DNA from: an uncultured Chromatiales bacterium
GTDB taxonomy: Bacteria; Pseudomonadota; Gammaproteobacteria; Poriferisulfidales; Poriferisulfidaceae
Length of the DNA stretch: 64,000 bases
Assembly (NCBI GenBank): GCA_964602805.1
Contig: CAZRSJ010000002.1
Span: forward strand, 36,824-100,823
Direction: 5' to 3'
Shown here: positions 60,458 to 64,000 of the stretch, piece after piece
How the letters are laid out: the number at the start of each line of letters is the position of its first letter
Numbering within the stretch: the stretch's first letter is position 1
Made by a program: the position numbers and the translations under genes
Notes under the pieces: model-generated
Database searches by the model: none
Told to the model about the DNA's origin: nothing
Seen by the model: only the letters and a program-made list of their open reading frames with translations

Positions 60458-61160
60458 GCGAGCCCTGTTGCTCGGCACTTTCCTGCTCGCGGCCGCAGCT
60501 TCTGCGGAAACGAACAGCGAACAGCTCCGGGAACGCCTGCAGCTGCTGATACCGGGCCACACGCCGGACCAGATTCGCCCTTCACCGTCGCCGGGCTTGT
60601 ACGAAGTGTTGTATGGCGCAGACATTTTCTACATTACGAGTGACGGGGAGCACCTGATTACGGACGGCAATCTGATCGATGTGGACAACCGAATCAATCT
60701 GACAGAGATTTCCCGGGCCGAGATTCGGGCGAGACTGCTGGGCGCTTACGGCACGGACAAGATGCTGGTCTTTCCGGCGACCCTGTCGCGCCGTCATTCG
60801 CTCGTCGTGGTGACGGATATCGATTGCCCGTACTGCCAGAAATTCCATGAGCACATCGAGGAGCTCAACAATGCCGGGATCGAAGTCCGCTATCTGCTGT
60901 ACCCGCGGGCCGGCGAGGGGAGCGAGAGTTATCGGAAGTCGGTCAGCGTCTGGTGTTCTAACGATCCCCTGGATGCGCTGACCCGTGCCAAACGCCGAGA
61001 ATCGATCTCTCCGAAGACCTGCGCGAACCCGGTCCTGGAACACATGAACCTGGTTGAGCGAATCAACATCCGGTCGACCCCCTCCATTTTCCTGTCGGAC
61101 GGTTCGCTGATCCGCGGCTACCGCCCGCCGGCGGAGATCCTGGCCCTGCTTGGCGACTGA
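60450..61160 (+). CDS. dsbC: Thiol:disulfide interchange protein DsbC
   Basis: GTG start overlapping xerD 3' end. Signal peptide. …[12 protein letters not shown]… CxxC. 236 aa. Confidence 0.85.
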   Translation: MARRALLLGTFLLAAAASAETNSEQLRERLQLLIPGHTPDQIRPSPSPGLYEVLYGADIFYITSDGEHLITDGNLIDVDNRINLTEISRAEIRARLLGAYGTDKMLVFPATLSRRHSLVVVTDIDCPYCQKFHEHIEELNNAGIEVRYLLYPRAGEGSESYRKSVSVWCSNDPLDALTRAKRRESISPKTCANPVLEHMNLVERINIRSTPSIFLSDGSLIRGYRPPAEILALLGD

Positions 61161-61169
61161 TTCCGGATT

Positions 61170-64000
61170 CTACGGATCGGGCATGTCGTGCAGCCGGCGG
61201 CTGCGCGTGAACAGCAGGGAACAGCGTACCGGCAGATCGGGGTAGATGAGGCGGATGTAGCGGGCGTATTCGTTCATCTGCCCTGTATAACGCTTAGCGA
61301 TTCCAGCCAATTCTTCCGGACTCTCCGTGGCGTGGGACTTGAAGTCGATGACCCAGGCCATGTGCGGAGAAAGCAGCAGCCGGTCGATGATGCCGAATCC
61401 CTTGCCCGTTTCGGTTTTGCAGGCTACGGGCACTTCCATGTACACGCGGGTCTGGGGGCCGGGCCGGAATACCGGATCCAGTTTCGGATCGGCGACCACC
61501 CGGCGGGCTTCGTCCAGCCAATCCTGAAAATCGAGACCTTCAAGGTCGCGGTTGTGGTCGTGCGCCAGGCGTTCGAGCCTGGTCGGGTCCGGTTCACCGG
61601 CGTCCAGCAGTTCGATCAGGGCATGGATGGCGCGCCCGCGTTCCAGTGCACGCTGCCGTTCCAGGATTCCGCCCATGCCTCCGGTTTCTCCTAATTCGTC
61701 GACCCTGCTTGGCGATGCCGTGCCCAGAAGCGTGAAGGGTGAGTCTAGGCCGGTGCAGTCCGGCTCCGGCACGGAGGGGGGAAGCGCGGCATCGGCGGAT
61801 AGGGTGGGTGGTTCCGGGCCTCGGGCCAGCAGGCCGGATTCCTTTCCGGGAGCCCCTGGGAACAGCCCTCGAAGTTCCTCGTGGAGTTCCTCGTACTGGC
61901 ATAGGATCAGCATCTGCCGGGCACGGGTGAACGCGACATAGGCAAGGTTGAGTTCTTCCGCCTGTCTTTTCTGGCGGGCCAGTTCTAGGCATTTCAGCGA
62001 GCAGGAATCCATGTCTGCCGTGCGGGGCCGGAACAGGAAACGTCGGGGCCGGGCCTCGTCAGCGGGCCAGTCGAGCAAGATGTCGCCATGTCGGCCTTGT
62101 TCCGTGGGCTTGTCCAGTTCGGCGTACACGATAATCGGCCTCTCCAATCCCTTGGCCGCGTGCACGGTCAGGATCTGGACGCGGTCGTCCTGGTCGTCTG
62201 ATTTCAGGCTGACGAGGTCGGGAGCGTCGTAGCCCTCGACGCGGCCGCAGCGCATTTCCTCGATGAAGTGGACGAAAGCCGCCGTGCTGGGGTAGCGTCC
62301 GCTGTCAAACTCCAGGGTCAGCTCGATGAAACGGGTCAGGTTGCTGACTGCGCGCTCGCCGCGTTCGCCTGGCCAGGCGCGTTGGTAACAGCGCAGCGCA
62401 TCCGTCTCGAAGTAAATTCGGTCCAGCAGGTCATGGGTAGGGATGTGCCCGACTTCTTTTCGCCATGACGTGAAATTGTCCGATGCGCGCCGCAACGGAT
62501 GATCCGGGTCTTTCTGTTGGGCCAGCATTTCCAGGCGCTCGGCCCAGCGCCCCGAACCCGCGTTCATGCGCGCCAGCTCCATCAATTCCTCGTCCGTGAT
62601 GCTGTACAGGGGAGAGCGCAGTACCTGCACCAGGTGCAGGTCGTCGGCCGGGCGGATCAGGGACTGGAGCAGGGCCTGCATATCCCGCACTTCCAGGTGG
62701 TTGAGCAGGGTTTGTCGGGACTGGCGCGCGAAAGGAATCTTAAGCCGTGCCAGCGCATGTTCGATCTGCGGCACATGGGTGCGCCGGTTCACCAGGATCA
62801 TGCAGTCGCGGTAGCGGGCGGCGGCGCGGACTCCGGTTTCCCGGTCTTCAATGGCGACCCGTTCGTCGATGATTTGCCGGATTCGCCGGGCGATCTGGTC
62901 GGCCATTTGTTCCAGGTGGGTGGATCGGGTTTCGGGGCGGGGTTCGGTCAGGGGATTGCGCAGCGGTTCGTCGGGAGTATGCTTCGGCGACTTGTCGCGT
63001 GATTCTTTCGGGATGAACGGGAGCAGTTCGACCCGTCCCCAGAGTTCCGTCAGACAAGTCTGGTGAGCGGGGAAATCCGGAAGAGGGAAGAGGCCGTCCC
63101 CGCCGAAAGCGTCGTTGACGAAATCAATGATGACTCTGGATGAGCGGCGGGAAGCATCCATGGAGGCGGGTTCGTCCGCCCGCAAATGGGACTGGAGATA
63201 AATGCCGGCCTTATTTTGGATTTCCGGATTGGCGCGCCGCCATTGGTAGATGGACTGCTTGGTGTCGCCGACGATGAACGCGGAACTGGATCCATCCTCG
63301 GTTTCCTGCAGGGCTTCGAGGAAGACCTGCAGGGTTTGCCAGGACAGGGCGTCGGTGTCCTGGAATTCGTCTACCAGCACATGCCGGAAACGTTGTCCGA
63401 GCTTGTACTGGACCCACTCGATGCCGCCGTTCATCAGCCGGTTCGCGAACCACAGCAGGTCGTCGTAGTCCATGTAGCCGTATGTCTGCTTCAGGCGCTG
63501 GTAGTTCTCGGCCAGTCGCCCGACGACGGTGTACCAATGGCCGTTGAGTTCGCAGGCTTTCCGGCGTAGCAGCCCGTCCAGGGATTCGGAAGTCGATTGG
63601 TGCACGGAATCAAGTTGCTGTTCGAGTTCCTTGGCATCGTCCTCGCCCAGGCGTTTCCGCACTGCGTCTTGTGTCGGAATAAGCGAGCGCCGAATGCCTT
63701 CCCCCTTCGGATCGTCCAGGGCTTGATGGAGATGCTGGATCTGTTCGAGACTCTCGGACTCGTCGTCGTCCAGTGCGCTATGCAGTTTGACCGCGGCCCG
63801 TGCCTGGTTGGATTTCTCCGATGCACCGCTTTTCTCCAAAAGGTCTGCAAGGCGGCGAATTCCCGGCTCGATCTCGGAAATTTGGACCGGGTCCGAGACT
63901 TCGTTCAGGCGAAAGACTTCATCGTGCAGGTGTGCGCGCAATTGTTCCAGGGTGAATTCGCCCTCGAAAGCGCGCCATTCCAGAATGTGCGCCCGGAATC
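61170..64000 (-). CDS. UvrD/Rep-type helicase fused to a C-terminal PD-(D/E)xK nuclease (AddA/RecB-like); 3' ~940 codons, gene continues past window end
   Basis: Motif II VLVDEFQDTD is present. Motif I lies beyond 64000 (frame open to the edge). C-terminus …VIDFKSHATE…YTGQMNEYARYI… is a RecB-family nuclease. Confidence 0.8.
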   Translation of the reverse strand, partial: FRAHILEWRAFEGEFTLEQLRAHLHDEVFRLNEVSDPVQISEIEPGIRRLADLLEKSGASEKSNQARAAVKLHSALDDDESESLEQIQHLHQALDDPKGEGIRRSLIPTQDAVRKRLGEDDAKELEQQLDSVHQSTSESLDGLLRRKACELNGHWYTVVGRLAENYQRLKQTYGYMDYDDLLWFANRLMNGGIEWVQYKLGQRFRHVLVDEFQDTDALSWQTLQVFLEALQETEDGSSSAFIVGDTKQSIYQWRRANPEIQNKAGIYLQSHLRADEPASMDASRRSSRVIIDFVNDAFGGDGLFPLPDFPAHQTCLTELWGRVELLPFIPKESRDKSPKHTPDEPLRNPLTEPRPETRSTHLEQMADQIARRIRQIIDERVAIEDRETGVRAAARYRDCMILVNRRTHVPQIEHALARLKIPFARQSRQTLLNHLEVRDMQALLQSLIRPADDLHLVQVLRSPLYSITDEELMELARMNAGSGRWAERLEMLAQQKDPDHPLRRASDNFTSWRKEVGHIPTHDLLDRIYFETDALRCYQRAWPGERGERAVSNLTRFIELTLEFDSGRYPSTAAFVHFIEEMRCGRVEGYDAPDLVSLKSDDQDDRVQILTVHAAKGLERPIIVYAELDKPTEQGRHGDILLDWPADEARPRRFLFRPRTADMDSCSLKCLELARQKRQAEELNLAYVAFTRARQMLILCQYEELHEELRGLFPGAPGKESGLLARGPEPPTLSADAALPPSVPEPDCTGLDSPFTLLGTASPSRVDELGETGGMGGILERQRALERGRAIHALIELLDAGEPDPTRLERLAHDHNRDLEGLDFQDWLDEARRVVADPKLDPVFRPGPQTRVYMEVPVACKTETGKGFGIIDRLLLSPHMAWVIDFKSHATESPEELAGIAKRYTGQMNEYARYIRLIYPDLPVRCSLLFTRSRRLHDMPDP

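Overview
High-GC (roughly 65%) proteobacterial chromosomal segment, gammaproteobacteria-like in gene order. It is dominated by conserved housekeeping genes. It also contains four minus-strand tRNAs, one solo IS200/IS605-family tnpB element, a cobalamin riboswitch, and several small accessory pockets.

Core genes include: uvrB 3' end; purK-purE divergent from purC; rplM-rpsI; argB; hsp20; glnA; efp; psd-sco-btuB-like receptor; pyrF-lapB-lapA-ihfB-rpsA-cmk-aroA-tyrA-hisC-pheA-serC-gyrA; gltB-dnaG; valS-holC-pepA divergent from lptF-lptG; xerD-dsbC; and the 3' part of an AddA/RecB-like helicase-nuclease running off the window end.

Most interesting pockets:
1. A low-GC islet bounded by tRNA-Ser and tRNA-Gln that carries a lipoprotein with a TbpB-like C-terminal beta-barrel.
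2. A secreted three-gene operon (cupin, unknown 484-aa protein, MauG/CCP-like di-haem enzyme) sitting directly downstream of a tnpB-only IS element.
3. A tandemly duplicated ~400-bp module (conserved upstream element plus a small TM/coiled-coil protein) flanking an SMR efflux gene.
4. A 639-aa uncharacterised protein on its own transcription unit.
5. Two orphan type II antitoxin genes (VapB-like, MNT-like).

Many long ORFs in the six-frame track are antisense GC artefacts and are rejected below. Gene starts were chosen by homolog N-termini and Shine-Dalgarno (SD) context, and several are uncertain by a few codons.
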